Source: Camelus ferus (lineage: Eukaryota). Taken from it: a stretch of 64,000 bases of DNA. Positions 1 through 12,260 of this stretch are shown one piece after another. The DNA is taken from positions 36,456,001-36,520,000 of the forward strand of contig NC_045712.1 of assembly GCF_009834535.1 (NCBI RefSeq), read 5' to 3'. Position numbers and translations under genes: made by a program. Numbering within the stretch: the stretch's first letter is position 1; each line of letters starts with the position of its first letter. Below the pieces are notes generated by a model that searched no databases, was not told the DNA's origin, and saw only the letters and a list, made by a program, of their open reading frames with translations.

Positions 1-1334
1 CTCACCCTGTCCTGGTTCTCGGTCCCCAGTAGTCTCTGTTTATGTAATCGTCACTGCTGCTGTCTGTACTCCCCCGGCCCTCACCCTGTGGTTGTTTGTA
101 CACAGTCGGCCTTCCGTTCCATGCTTATTAGGATGAAGTGAAATAGCAGGATCTTAGGAGTTTAAAAGACCTTCCAGTGCCCTCTGCTCCCACCTCATTC
201 ATCAGATAGGTGCCCAGCTCAGACTCGTCAGGTCTGCCAGCAGGTGAAGATGGGTGTGACCAGGCCCTGCCCTCGCGGGGGGCCACCGTGTGCTGGTGAA
301 GTCAGTGCCTCCTCACGACTCCGCCCCAGTGATGAGCTGCCCAGAGGTGTGGAAAGGGGCCCACAGAGGATGCGGGGGGGCACAGAAGTGTGACGGTACG
401 GAACGCGCTCAGAAAACAGCCAGAAGTTAGGAAGGGCGGCCCGAGCGTGGGGGGTGAGTGTGGCCAAGTCAGTGTCGGGCTGGGACAGCCTCATGCTCCT
501 GAGACGCTTCCTTGGACGGTATTCGTAGGCAGTAGGGACCCAGCGGATGCTGCCAGGCAGAAGAGGAACATGAAGGAATTTGCAAATTTGGAAAATCTCT
601 GTCAAAGTCAAATCTTCTCTGCAGTCCTTCCGATGGCAGTCTGGCCGGGACAGGCTCTCCCTCCCCAAGGCCTTGGTGATTTCCATCTCGTAGGCCCAGC
701 TCTGTCCCTGGGGTCACACATACCACAGGCTTCTTCCTGCACCCTAGAGGTTCTGACTCACCACCTTCTCTTGGGTCAGGTTACAATCTTTCGGCCACGG
801 CTGAAGAGCCCTGCCGCCCTCCCCCTCACAGCCCATTCCCCGAGGGTCCTAGGAGTCAGGACTTCACATCCCCCTCACCACAAGCTTCCCCTGCGTCGAT
901 GGTGAGGTCATATCTACCCCACGTATTGAAATCTGCACATCCCACACCAATTTCCAGACAGGCTCTGCATTTGTCACAGAATTCTAGAAAATTGGAGCTC
1001 AAAGGACCCAACCAACTCAAACTACACAGGGAACCCTGAGGATCAGAGAAGTTAAAAGCAACACGCCCAAGGTCCTCGGACTCTAGGATTAATTTCCTCA
1101 AAGGTGTTGGGTTACACGCATACTCTTACAAATGCTGACACCACCACCGGGGGTTGGCAGTTTAACCAGAGAATCGCAAAGGCACAGACGTGAGGCTAGT
1201 ATGAATATCTGTGTTGGGGAGCGAGTGAAAAGGATGGAGCAAAGTCCTGGGAGAAAATATTGTGACCATCTACAGAGTATCATAGAAGTCACTTAGGACT
1301 GTGTCTGACACATGACAAGTACAGCTGTTAGGAG

Positions 1335-1550
1335 AGACAATATCCCAGTGTGGACTTTAGAGTTAGGCTGATTTGGGTTAAAACTCTTAACTCCACTGCT
1401 TACTGGCTCTATAACCAGATGGCTTTTGGCCAATCTCTTAACTAACCTCTAGGCCTTAATTACCCTCATATGTAAAATGGGACAATAATACCCATCTGAT
1501 AGGGTTATTGTGAGGATTACATGCAATAGTGGTGGTAAAACACTTCACAT
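1335..1550 (+). mobile_element. MIR SINE (ancient)
   Basis: MIR core-like 'cctcatatgtaaaatgggacaataatacccatctgatagggttattgtgaggattacatg'. Many other MIR fragments occur in the window; only the clearer ones are listed. Confidence 0.8.
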
Positions 1551-3120
1551 CGTTTCTTGGCACATCTCAACCGGTCATTCTGTGTTGGCTACAGATAACA
1601 TTATTGCCTTTGTTATTATTAAAGTGTCCTTCATTTAAGAAGGCATCCTGGGTCCACAGAAGTGTTCTGGGCCTCCCTGAATATCCTATCAATTCGAGGC
1701 CAGGTAAGGAGATTGGATTTCAGCAGCTGGCAGTACAGTGAAAATATGTTCTCTCAGAAGCATTCTGCCCCGAGTCCATAAGTACGCGGAGAGAAATAAT
1801 TTTTTGAAAGACGACTGCTGTGTTCTGATTTAGAACAAATGCCGGGATGAGGCTAGGAAAACATTCTCTCCAGAAGTAGTGGGACTTCTCTCTTGTGACT
1901 TATGCTCCTAATTTTAGACCAATATTACATAGTTTGCATTTCCAGAGGGGTCATAAAGAATAAGAAAATTGCTAATTTGGGTCTGTAGGGAGTGGGTTGG
2001 GATATTTCCATCCCCTCCAGAGTTTTGTAAATATGTTCCAGGCCAAAAGTTCCCAGGAGAGGGTCATTCCTGGGATCAGTTCAGTGCCATGGGCTGGGCT
2101 CAAGGAGGATCCAAGTGGCTTTCTCAAGATTTGGAAAACTGTAGTACTCTGGCTACTTGTCCACAACCCAGGAGGCCAATGAGTGCGTATTAGAGTGTCC
2201 ACTGTCCATTTGAGGCTCAGCTCTGCCATGTTCTAGGTGTGTAGACTTGGGCAAACCGCTTCTGTCTTCGGGAACATGGTACCTGGCCTGTAGAAGCCCC
2301 TCAGCAAATTACATCTAATCCATTTATCATGAATCAAGGAACAGGTCTCACTTGCCCTATCTGTAAAATGGGAATAATAGTATCTAGGCTGTATGTCTTA
2401 CAGAACATCACAGGGAGGAAGCAGGGCAGGCCTGATCACCATTTTTCACAGATAAGAAAGCCAGGTGAAGGAGGTGGCCAAGGTTACACTAAAGAAAGGG
2501 AGAGGCAGAGCTGGGGCTCACCCTCCGCCTTCTGAGGCCCACCCCGTCTAGGCTGCATTTATACAGCATTCTGCCATCTCTGGAGGAACCAAAGGCAGTG
2601 CTGCCTAGTTGGCAGAGCACAAGTGCACAGCCTGAAGGACTAAAGTCTGAGTGTTGGCTCCGCCATTTGCTAACTCTGCAACCTCAGGCAGGTTGCTTCC
2701 TGTCTCGGCCTCAGCTCAACATCTAATTTTTGAAGGTCCAAATACTTATAGGTTGTTGTGAGGACTGGAGGTCACGTTTAGGTGATGGGCCTAGAGTTCC
2801 TAAACAATTGGAATCTTCTGAAGACAAGTACCTCCAGCGTCACACAACCTGCTGGGCGCTCTCCCTGATGGGGCACGTTGGTGACCAGATGGTTTCTTCT
2901 CAACCGGAGAAGAAAGCCTGACTCCAGCCCGTGAGGCCTGCTCAGTGACGGCGATTTGCCCAGGCCCTTGGGAAGTCAGTTCGCTCTCCCTGAGCCTCAG
3001 TTTCCCTGTCTACACAGTCAGAGGCTCCGTTCTGCCCCTGCTTCTGGATCTGACACCCTAGGACCTTGGGAGCCGAAGGGGAGGCCGAAGGGGAGGCCAT
3101 CCCTGGCTGATCATCAGAGC

Positions 3121-3570
3121 CTGTGTTCCTGCTGCGGGGCGCACTCGCTCTCCCCTCGGCCAGCCTGGACCGGCCCGCAGCCAGCTCTCCTCGGAGGCTG
3201 GGGCTGCTCCATCCGGAGGGGGGCACCGCGGAGGGGAGCGGCGGGGAGGATCCCAGGGCGCGCTGGTTCCCACCAGGCGAGCTGCAGAGAGAGGGGCGTT
3301 GTGCTGAGTCAGCGGCTGGCGGCCCTGCTGCTGGGGCTCCCTGGCCTCCGGGCCGCCAGATGACACGCGGCCAGGAGGGCCCCCGGGAGCCCCACTGTTA
3401 TCGATGACGCGGCCGCTGCTGCCACAGCGGCGGGAACCGTGCCCGAGCAAGCCTGTTCCGGGCCAGGCCTCCCGGGGCTCCGGGTGGGGAAGATTTCAGG
3501 AGCGGCCTCCTTCGGGCCAGGTCCTCGCCAGGGCTGCCTCTGCCCTTCCCGTCTCCGGACCCGTCCCCTA
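3121..3570. promoter_or_regulatory. Small orphan CpG island
   Basis: About 40 CpG in about 450 bp by hand count, GC about 70%, NotI site at 3409-3416; no adjacent coding exon recognised. Confidence 0.65.
3302..3313. promoter_or_regulatory. T-MARE / ARE-type bZIP site (Maf, NRF2/BACH, AP-1)
   Basis: TGCTGAGTCAGC, 12 of 13 positions of the palindromic T-MARE TGCTGAGTCAGCA. Confidence 0.5.
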
Positions 3571-5249
3571 ATGATGCTCATTACTCCTCTCACACAAAGT
3601 AAAACAAGCTTTACTTATAAACTGCTTTGCAGCCATTTAATCCTTCCAAAACCCCAGTGAGGTAGTTTATGAGGCAGGGCCCCACGGGAAACAAATAGCT
3701 CTCTCAGAAGGGACCGCTGGGGAGAGGTTAGTGCGGGGCTGTTTACATGTGGGGGCGGGGCGGGGACCGAGGGAAAGCAGTGAAGGATGGTGAGAGCCCT
3801 CGAGGCCAGCCCCGGCAGAAAGCCTTTACCAGCCCCACACACCGAGGGGGCGGGAGGGAAGGAGACTGGAACCCAGGGGGTGCAGCCATGGGGGAGGGCT
3901 TGTTGCGGGAGCCGGAGACCAAGGAGCTGAGGGAGCCCACCACTGAGCCTCCAGGTGGCAGAGAGCTGCTGGGGATAAATCCCACCCGCTTTCTCCTCCC
4001 GTCCTCGGGTCTCTGTCTCCCTTTGGCCAAATTCTACTGGAAGCCAGAGAACCAAAGAGCCAGTTGACAGGACTCATGCTCCTTCACTTCAGCCTCCCAG
4101 GCACAGGCAGGTAGAGAAGGGAGGGAGGGGAGTCTGCAGGGCAAGCGGAGTCCAGCAGGTCGGAGGTGACCGTAAGCCCCTGGTACTTGAGAGAGAAACA
4201 GGGAACTTACACCTGAGGTGGCAGAACGGTAATGGTCCATTCTGGGATCTAACTCAGGTCCAGCTCCAAAGCCCTGGTCCCTTCCACTGTATTGAACCAG
4301 CTTTCCACTTGCTTCCATCTGATTCCTGGAGACCTCAGTGCAGCCCAGCGTAGCCTGCACACGTTTTACCCTGAAGGTTAACGTGAGCTTTGCAGTTTGC
4401 TCCCCGAAGTATATATTTTTTGAATTTTGAGTTGTTTAAAATATCACTTTAAAGTTACTTAATTTATTTGTATCTACCCCAGAACTTCAAGGAAAAAAAG
4501 GCCCTCCAGGAGGAGGTGCCCCACTTTTTCTACAGCCTCGGGTGCCCCAAGACGGGGCTGTGTACCCCACTCTGCGAAGCACAGGACCAGGTGTCCTTTA
4601 GGGAAAGAACTTACTGCCCAGCATCACACAGCTGATGATCAGACTTAGAGTCGCTGTTCCCTGCGGGGCTGAGACAAAGGAAATCAGGCCAGAATGGAGC
4701 CCAGGAGAGAGTCTCAAAAGGGGAAGGGGTGGTGGTCAGCCTGAGATGGGGGAGGGAGAGGAGATTTGAGTTCAATATTGTCAGATGTTCACTGGGTTCT
4801 CTGTCCCCGGCTCTGGGGACACTTGTGTCCTCAGGGAGCTCACAGGAGGAGACAGGCCTAGAAGTGGGTCCCCACCCGGCAAGGGGGAGGGAGCAGAAGG
4901 GCTTGGAGGAAGGCAGGTGGGTTCACAGCCCAGCCCTGCCCTCTCTTGGCCGTGTGACCTTGGGCGAGTCAGATAACCTTCCTAGGTTTCTGCTCCCTCT
5001 TTTACAACTGGGCAAGCTCTGACCTGCCTCGTAAAGCTACTGGGAGGAAGCATGAGGTGATGCAAGCAGCACTTGCCCCGACAGCACAAGTGAATTGGTC
5101 GTCGCCCTCTTATGATAATAAACTCAGGGATGTGGGGCTGTGTGTGCCATGGCTGAGTGGACAGCCATGCTCTCCCAAGCAAGAGCTGCACTTGTGATCC
5201 AACGATATCAAAAGAGGTTATCTTAAATCTCCCAGATGACCTGAACTCT

Positions 5250-5720
5250 GTGGTTTCTGTTGCCCTGGAACTGTGGGAGAGGTTTAACTCTGCCCAGGGT
5301 AGGGGCAGGGAAGGCTTCACAAAGGAGGTGACGTTTGAGATGCACTGAGAGGATTTATGAGGGTCGGCAGGCAGGCTGGGGGGAGGGTTGTCCCGGCAGA
5401 GGCACGTGGCATCTTGGGAAGGATCAGTGTTCTGGTGTGGCTGGAACAGAAGTGTGCTTGGGGAAGAAGAAATGGCTGGAATCAAATTGGGGCGGGGCCT
5501 CTAATAACAGAGGAAGGGGTTTGGACTTTACCCCAGGGGGCGCACCGAGCCATGGGAGGCTTTAAGCAGGGAGGTGGCAGGTGATGTCTTCACTCTAGTG
5601 ATCGCTTTGTCAGCCAGCGAGGAGGTGAGAGCTGATGGGAACGTGGGAGGACCCCTAGAGGTGGTGACAGTCATGCGACAAGAGGTGATGGTGGCCTGAG
5701 CAAGGGGAGGACATTAGCAA
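5250..5720 (-). mobile_element. L2 LINE 3' fragment
   Basis: Antisense L2 hallmarks 'gaggtgacgtttgagatg', 'ttggacttta...gccatgggaggctttaagcaggga'. Confidence 0.75.
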
Positions 5721-6624
5721 TGAGGACAGAGGAGAGGACAGGTTTGGGGAACTGTCTGGGCTCTGCTTAACATGGGTGAGAAAGAATGGTTCTCAGAGTT
5801 TGACTGGGGCCACAGGGTTGGAGGTGGGACATATTCTTTATTGAGAAGCATCATGAGTGCTGTTTTAGAAATACTGAGGGTGGGGACCTGGTAGACATCG
5901 GGGTGGGGAGGCCTAGTTAGCTGTTGGATGGACGAGTGTCTGTAGCTGAGAGGTGAGTGGGGCTGGAGGGACAACACGGGAGCAATGGAGGAGGGTGCGG
6001 ACATTCACAGGACAGTAAAGGAGACCAAGAAATATTCCAAAAATCCATGTGATTCCTTAAGGCCTGTTTTCCCAGCAAGGTCAATAGGAGCTTTGACTTT
6101 TTCTGTTTTCTTTTCATCTGCTGGTTCCCTAAATATTTACTGAGCGCCTTCTCGTGCTAGGGGCTGCTGGAGAGATAGGATTCCATTCAACTGCCGGTTC
6201 TTAAGAGCCTCCCATGGGCAAAACCACACACCATCTCATTTCTCCTAACACTAACCATCAGGACGAACAGTATTCTCTCCATTTCTCTCTCAGCTCCAGG
6301 AGCAGGGTTAGACCCCTGTGTGCATGGGTTCCCGAGGGTGTCCAGTACTATCTGTGCACACGGACACACCAGTTAGTAGGTGCATTGCTCCAGCTCCATC
6401 ATAGGGCTCAGTTCTCTCCCATAACTCAGCAGAAAACTCTCTTGAGCTCCTATCACTCCTTTTAGAGAGATTTATTATCAGGTGGCCCAGATGGCAGGGC
6501 CCAGGCCCAGAGTCCTTTCACTCTTAGAGTCCTCTGCCTCCAGTTCCCAGCCTAGGAGAGGAGACCCCCCAGCCTTGAGCCTCCCCCCACCCTGTGTCCC
6601 TGGACCTCAGCTGGAGCCGAGAAC

Positions 6625-6830
6625 TAGACTTGCAGGGTTGAAATCCAGCCCCTGGACTGAGTCCCTGGGTATTTTTTCCATCCCGTTTTTTCCAGGCCTG
6701 AAACCTTGGGGCCTCAGTTTTCTCATCAGTAAAATGGAGGTGATTGTCATTTTACAGACAGGGCAAGGCCATTTGGAGGATCCGATGAGATCATGGGAGG
6801 AGAAAGTGCTTTGCAAACACTGTAAACTTG
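6625..6830 (+). mobile_element. MIR SINE
   Basis: 'gcctcagttttctcatcagtaaaatggagg...gaggatccgatgagatcatgggaggagaaagtgctttgcaaac'. Confidence 0.8.
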
Positions 6831-7472
6831 AAATCGTGGGGCCACCGAGTTACTGTTACTCTTAGAGCCCTGGCCCCCACCTGCCTCCCTGAGTCCGGCC
6901 CCAGGGCAGGTGCTCCCTAGACTCAGGCCAGTTGCTTCAGTCTGAGGGGAGGAAGCAAAGCCCAGGGGCTACAGTTCCCCCCCCAGGGAATCAGCTTTCT
7001 CCCTGGAGCCACTGGAGCCCAGCCTCTGCCCAGGTTTTATGAGCTTCGAGAGGGTTTACACTATGACTAATAACCCCATCTCACTCCCTGGGTTGCCACT
7101 ACCTGCTGGGCAGGAAGTCCGTGGGACTCGGCCCCCCTTAATCACCGCCACCTCCCCATGACCCGCCTCAATCACGTCTCTTTACAGTCGGGCAGAGCCG
7201 GCCGGGCCTCCTCAAACTTCCATATCTGCGCTGGGAGATCTCTGATACGGCTAATGGCGTTTGCTCGCCTCCACGCCCTGGGCCCAGCATTCCGGAGTCA
7301 CGCAACCCCACAGGCCCAGGGCGGAAACTGACTCCCACAGCAGCAAGGCCCCAGCCGGGGGAGCCTCCCCACCCCGTAAAGTACATGAAACGAGCCTTTC
7401 TTCATGGCCATCTGGCCAGCCAGCCTCAAAGCCACAGGCAGGGTTCCCCTCCCAAGTACCAGCCACCTCCAT

Positions 7473-7495
7473 CCCCCCCGCCCCGCCCCGCCCCC
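7473..7495 (-). promoter_or_regulatory. Tandem GC boxes / G-quadruplex motif
   Basis: + strand C7-G-C4-G-C4-G-C5, i.e. four G-tracts with 1-nt loops on the minus strand. Confidence 0.5.
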
Positions 7496-9224
7496 ACCAA
7501 CGACGTTCTCTCTCCAAGGATCTCCAGACCCCTCATCTCTCCTGCCAGCAGGGAGGGAAAGTTGCTAACCTGATACCCTCTCCAGCCCGTCACTCATCCA
7601 GTGGTCCACTCATTCATCCATTCAGGACTGGGCAAGCATCCTCCCTGAGCCAGGCCCTGTTGCTGAACCAGGGACAGAGGGGAAGGAGCCTGTTGCTGCC
7701 CTCAGGGAGCGCGTGGTCTGGATTGGAAGGGGCAGGAGGGAAGACCACCTGGGATGAATCCTCCCCCCCCGCCCCCCCCCATTCCTCACCCTCACCACCG
7801 GCCTGCACCTCGCCAGCCCCTGCATTGCTTTGCCTGCTGGGATTTGCGAGGTCTTCAGGCTCCCCAGGAGCAGCCCTAGTCAGGGCCTGATGGGAGTCCC
7901 CAGCACCCAGCTCCCTCACCCCTCCGGCAGGATGCAGTCCATGCTGACTCCCAGTTTCCCAGTGAGATTAAGACCCAGGCTCCCACCGTGGCAGCAGACT
8001 TGACCCACAGCTTTCAGGGGTAATTCTCTTCCAGGCCCCACGTGCTCGTCACCTGTAGGGCTCTCTTCACCTCCCCATAAGCCACGTACACTCGGGGCGG
8101 TGCTCTGGCTCTGCTCATGGGGGCACCCACACTAAGACACCGGGTAGCAGTAGCGGCGGCCAGAGTGAGAACCGTGGCGTCTCCCACCTGCACAGGCCGT
8201 CCGTGAGAACACCCCTGGCGCACTGGGCTCTGGATGCGGGGGGCACGGGAGTGAGCCAGTCATCGGCCCTGCCTTCCAGAGACACGCTGTCTAGCAAGGG
8301 AGGCAGACAAGCAGGCCAGTGATGTGGCCAGCGCCGGACTGTGGTCCAGGCTGCTGTGAGAACACAGGGGAGCCCCTGACTCAGCCTAGGGGGTGAAAGA
8401 GGCAGCAACTAAGCTGAATCTTTAAAGTCCAGGAGGAGCCGACCAAGTGTAGAAAGTGGGGAAGGGTGTTCCAGGTCAAGGGCAGTTCAGGTGAAGGCAC
8501 AGTCCAGCCCGGCCTGGTTCTGGAAGCAGTAAGTAGTCCACTGGGGAGGGGACACAGCTCATGGGGAAGAACAGGGGGAACTGAGGCCAAATCCAGATTC
8601 GAAGAGGCCCCTTAGTTTTTCCAATGTTTGCATTTTTTAAGGGGAACCTGAACAGGGCGACGTTTAAACCCAGGAAATGAAGCTCTAATGTGTGTGTTTT
8701 AGACACCAGAGAAGCAGCTGGCACAGCAGGTCCTCCACTCCTCCTTGTCCTGCTCCATTGCTGTTCCAGGCCTGGCTGTGACCAGATGGCTGTTTGCAGA
8801 GGGACTCAGGCTTTGGAGGACAGATGAGACCAGAAGGGAGTAGGCAGGGCAACGCTGGGCTCCCCTCTCCAGTCAGCCGCAGCCAGAAAGCCCCTCCCTC
8901 ACAGGCCCAGTGCCCACGCTTCTCAGAGATCCCTGTCTCCTGGAAATAGGGGAAAATCAGGTTTTGATGATAATTTATGGGTATGGGGGAGGGGTGATTC
9001 AGACATTCCTGGGTACGTCAGGTGAGCCTGTGGACTAGAGCCACAGAAAGCCAGTACCTGAGCAACAGAGAAGCCTGTGAGTGGAAGTGAGCCTGATTGG
9101 GTAACAAAGCCTTCAGTAGGGGGAGGAGCAATTCCCAGCTCCTCAGGGGACTGTCACTTAAATCCCTCCCTGGCCCAGCTCTATTGACTTATAACTGGGC
9201 CCTGGGAAAGAAGAGGGCTCTGGG

Positions 9225-9440
9225 TAAAGCCTAAAAGAGCTTCTATAATCAATCTCCATGCCCAGTTCTTTTCATGAGTTCTCTGGTTTGGTCTTACAAG
9301 AATCCAGTGAGGCTCTTGTAAAATTCCCATGCCCCTTTTTAAGAAGAGGTAAGTGAAGCTCAGAATTGCTAAGTAATTAGCCCAAGGGCACATTTTTAAG
9401 TTGACAGAGAAGCGAGTGAGCCAATGTCCCACACTGCACC
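9225..9440 (-). mobile_element. MIR SINE
   Basis: Antisense MIR-like 'gtaagtgaagctcagaattgctaagtaattagcccaagggcaca'. Confidence 0.65.
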
Positions 9441-9809
9441 TCAGCCTCAGGTGGAGCTCTGACACCCCCCTAAAAAGTCCAGCACAATCAGGGAGCCCCC
9501 AGACCAGGAACAGCAGGTCTTTTCCTGTAACACCTGTCGACACCTAGAACTTCAACCTGATTGGTCCACCAGAGTCACATGATGCACCACCTAACCAATA
9601 GCTGCATCCAGAGGGATACAAAAAGCCAGTGGGCTTGTCCCTGTGTCACATGCCCACCCCCTGAAGCCTGCATGAGAACATCTCCTAACAAAAACCCGAG
9701 GTTGTTGCTAAAGGAAAAGGAAGTGGGTTCTGGAGGGGCAGACCGCCGCAGTTATGTCGGAGAAACGTATATTCCATCCACAGCAAGGTGTGGAGCTCAT
9801 GGAGAATTA

Positions 9810-10257
9810 TGTCAAGATCCCACTGGGAAACAGCAGGCACACTCAGACTGGGTAGTTTGAAGAGAGCTTAATAAAGGGGTTATTTACAGAGAAGTGGGCA
9901 GCATATGAGAAACCCCAAGGGATAGTGCAGAACTCAGGGCAAGGTCAAGTGACAGACAGCAGTCACCAGAACCTGGAGAGAGCAAGCTGTGGGGAGAAGG
10001 CACCTGGCAGGCGAGTAACTTCAGTCCAGGGGGGTAGGCAGCTCGTGGGGCCCCCACAGGGAAGGGACCAGAGGAATAAGCCCCACTCTTTCTCCCTTTG
10101 TCTCCGGTGTATGTCCCATTGGCCGTGTCCCATTGACCAGGGCTGGCCAGAAACCACAGGGCGAGGATGCTTATTGATGCAAACCATGCAGGTCAGTCTC
10201 CAGCATGGAGAAAGGGGGGCATGGACCTGGGGAGGCAGATGGAAGGTGTCCAGTGCA
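9810..10257. mobile_element. ERVL solo LTR (LTR33/LTR41-like)
   Basis: 'tgtcaagatcccactgggaaacagcaggcacactcagactgggtagtttgaagagagcttaataaagggg' resembles the recalled consensus. Confidence 0.6.
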
Positions 10258-10396
10258 TCTCACGGCTCAGCAACTCTGGAAAGCAGGGCCATTGGTCCTC
10301 ATGTTGGGAAACTCCACTCCAAGGAGCATTCTCATTGTTCAGGGAACTTACACAAATGCATTTTCCTTGACTCACTTCCCAGACTCTGATTCAGTA

Positions 10397-10813
10397 TGTC
10401 TTAGAATGGGTTCACCTGGGCCTTGGGGAAGGAGTGGTACCTGAGGGAGGTGATTGCAAGAAGCAGCAGTGTGAGGACCAGCAGACAGGGAAGGAGGAAT
10501 AGTCAGTGTAAGTGTGTGGTGGTCTCTCAGTAGATAGATACTCCCAAGATTGTTCACCAGAAGGACAATTCCCATCCTCCACTGGTTGAGGATTGACCCT
10601 TGGGGTGTCCTGACAGTGTTTGTATATGGGTCTCCAAGGCTTCCACCGCCTGGGAGAAAATCCTGGGGCAGAGTGTGAAAAGATGTGCTGTACCTGCTGG
10701 GTGTGACTGCTCAAGGTGAGTCTGAGCCTGCACAGAACCATCCCCACAGCTGTGGCTGATCAGAAGTGGGCCTGGGATGTGATGTGGGCACCAGGTCCAT
10801 GTGCGTCTGCCAG
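10397..10813 (-). mobile_element. ERVL solo LTR (LTR16-like)
   Basis: Starts 'tgtcttagaatgggttc', contains 'gggaggtgattgcaagaagcagc', ends 'gggcaccaggtccatgtgcgtctgccag'. Confidence 0.55.
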
Positions 10814-11019
10814 ATGTGTCTTGTGTGGAGCCCAGAATCTGCCCTGCAGGTCCACATTCCAGGTGCTCCTGAAAGAGGTGGTCAGTAAACCACAACTGAG
10901 AAAACTTCCAGGCAGGATAAAATACTGTGTTTTAGGCACTGGGTGTGGGAGTGAGCCAGAGTCCCTCAGAAGAGGCAGTGAGTGGTTGATTGTGCTGACA
11001 CATTATTTTGTACCTTGAA

Positions 11020-11521
11020 TGTCTCAGTTATCTACTGCTGCGTAACAAATTACCCCAAAATCTGGTGGCCTAAAACAATAATAATCATTTATTATCTCAC
11101 ACGGTATCTGTGGGTCCAATTCAGAGGTGGCCAAGGTTTTGACTTGGAGTGTCTCATGAGGTTGCATTCAGATTTGGATAGGGCTGCATCATCTGAAGGC
11201 TTGATTGTGGCTGGGGGATCTGCGTCCAAGATGGTGCACTCACTGGCTGTTGGCAGGCGGCCTCAGCTCCTTGCCACATACCTCCCTGCTTGAATGTCCT
11301 CACAGCATATCAGCTGGCTTCTCTCCCAGAGTGAGTGACCCCAAAGAGCAAGGCAGACTCCACAATGCTTTCTATCCCCTAGCCTTGGAAGTCACATTCT
11401 GTCATTTCCAGATCCAGTGGCCGCACAGGCCAGCCCTGTTCACTGTGGGAAAGGACTACAAGGCAGGATCTCTGCCAGGAGGCTGGGCTCACCGGGGGTC
11501 CTGTTGGAAGCTGGCTACCAC
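11020..11521 (-). mobile_element. MaLR solo LTR (MLT1F-like)
   Basis: 'tgtctcagttatctactgctgcgtaacaaattacccc...ggaagctggctaccac', the reverse complement of MLT1 termini. Confidence 0.8.
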
Positions 11522-12049
11522 CCCAGCGTTTGCACAGAGCCTGGCATATATAGCTATGCAGTTAGCATCTGGCGAGAGTTTACTGCACCCCGCATCGTGC
11601 AGGGCTTGACACAGCTCCGATCCCCAAGAGTTCATATTATTATTGGAAATTTAAAGCAGAGGTTGACTAAGGAGAGGCCAGTACAAGCTAGAGCTCAGGA
11701 AAACCGTAAACGCATAGGCTCAGGGAGCTAACAGCTGCCCAGGAGAGGGTCCAGACACCTTCATGGCAGGTCAGCCGCTGCTCTGACCCTGCAAGGGGAC
11801 GTTCCTTACTGCTTGGAATTTGGGCTCGGGGAGCCCCTGGCCTCTCCCCGAACCTCCAGCGGAGTGGCCGAGTGACACTGAGCTGATTCTGCCTTCTGTT
11901 TCCTGCCCAGTGGCTGACACCACCCAAGACTGTTGGTCCAGTTTGGGACAAGGCTGGAGACTGAGAGCTGGAAAGCCCCGAGAGGCTGGCAGGTCTCATG
12001 TCCGATGTGAAGAAAGTTAAGTCCAGAGAGAAAACAGGGCTATCTAAGG

Positions 12050-12260
12050 TCACTGGGAAGCAAACACATACTCAGCACCCACTTCAAGTCGGGCCCTGTG
12101 CTGGGACCTTCACACCTGTCGAGCCGTTGAATATTTACAGCGACCCTGAACTGTAAGAATGGTAAATCCCGTTTTTCAGAAGAGAAATGAGCTGTCCAGG
12201 GTCACATAGTCAAGATGTGGTGGGGCCCAGATTTAAACCCTGGTCTCTCTGACCCTTAAG
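12050..12260 (-). mobile_element. MIR SINE
   Basis: 'cccgtttttcagaagagaaatgagctgtccagggtcacatagtcaagatgtggtggggcccagatttaaaccctgg'. Confidence 0.7.

Noticed and set aside
577-588. 12-bp palindrome AATTTGCAAATT
   Set aside because: A single short palindrome is expected by chance in 64 kb; no supporting context.
1-3000. PPARG terminal exon or 3' UTR
   Set aside because: No sequence encoding the recalled ...LHPLLQEIYKDLY C-terminus is present.
3072-3098. 12-bp tandem repeat GCCGAAGGGGAG x2.25
   Set aside because: Ordinary slippage duplication; no array or spacer structure. No CRISPR-like array was seen anywhere in the window.
7261-7890. 209-aa plus-strand ORF
   Set aside because: Low-complexity Pro/Ser translation of GC-rich DNA; non-ATG start; no known family.
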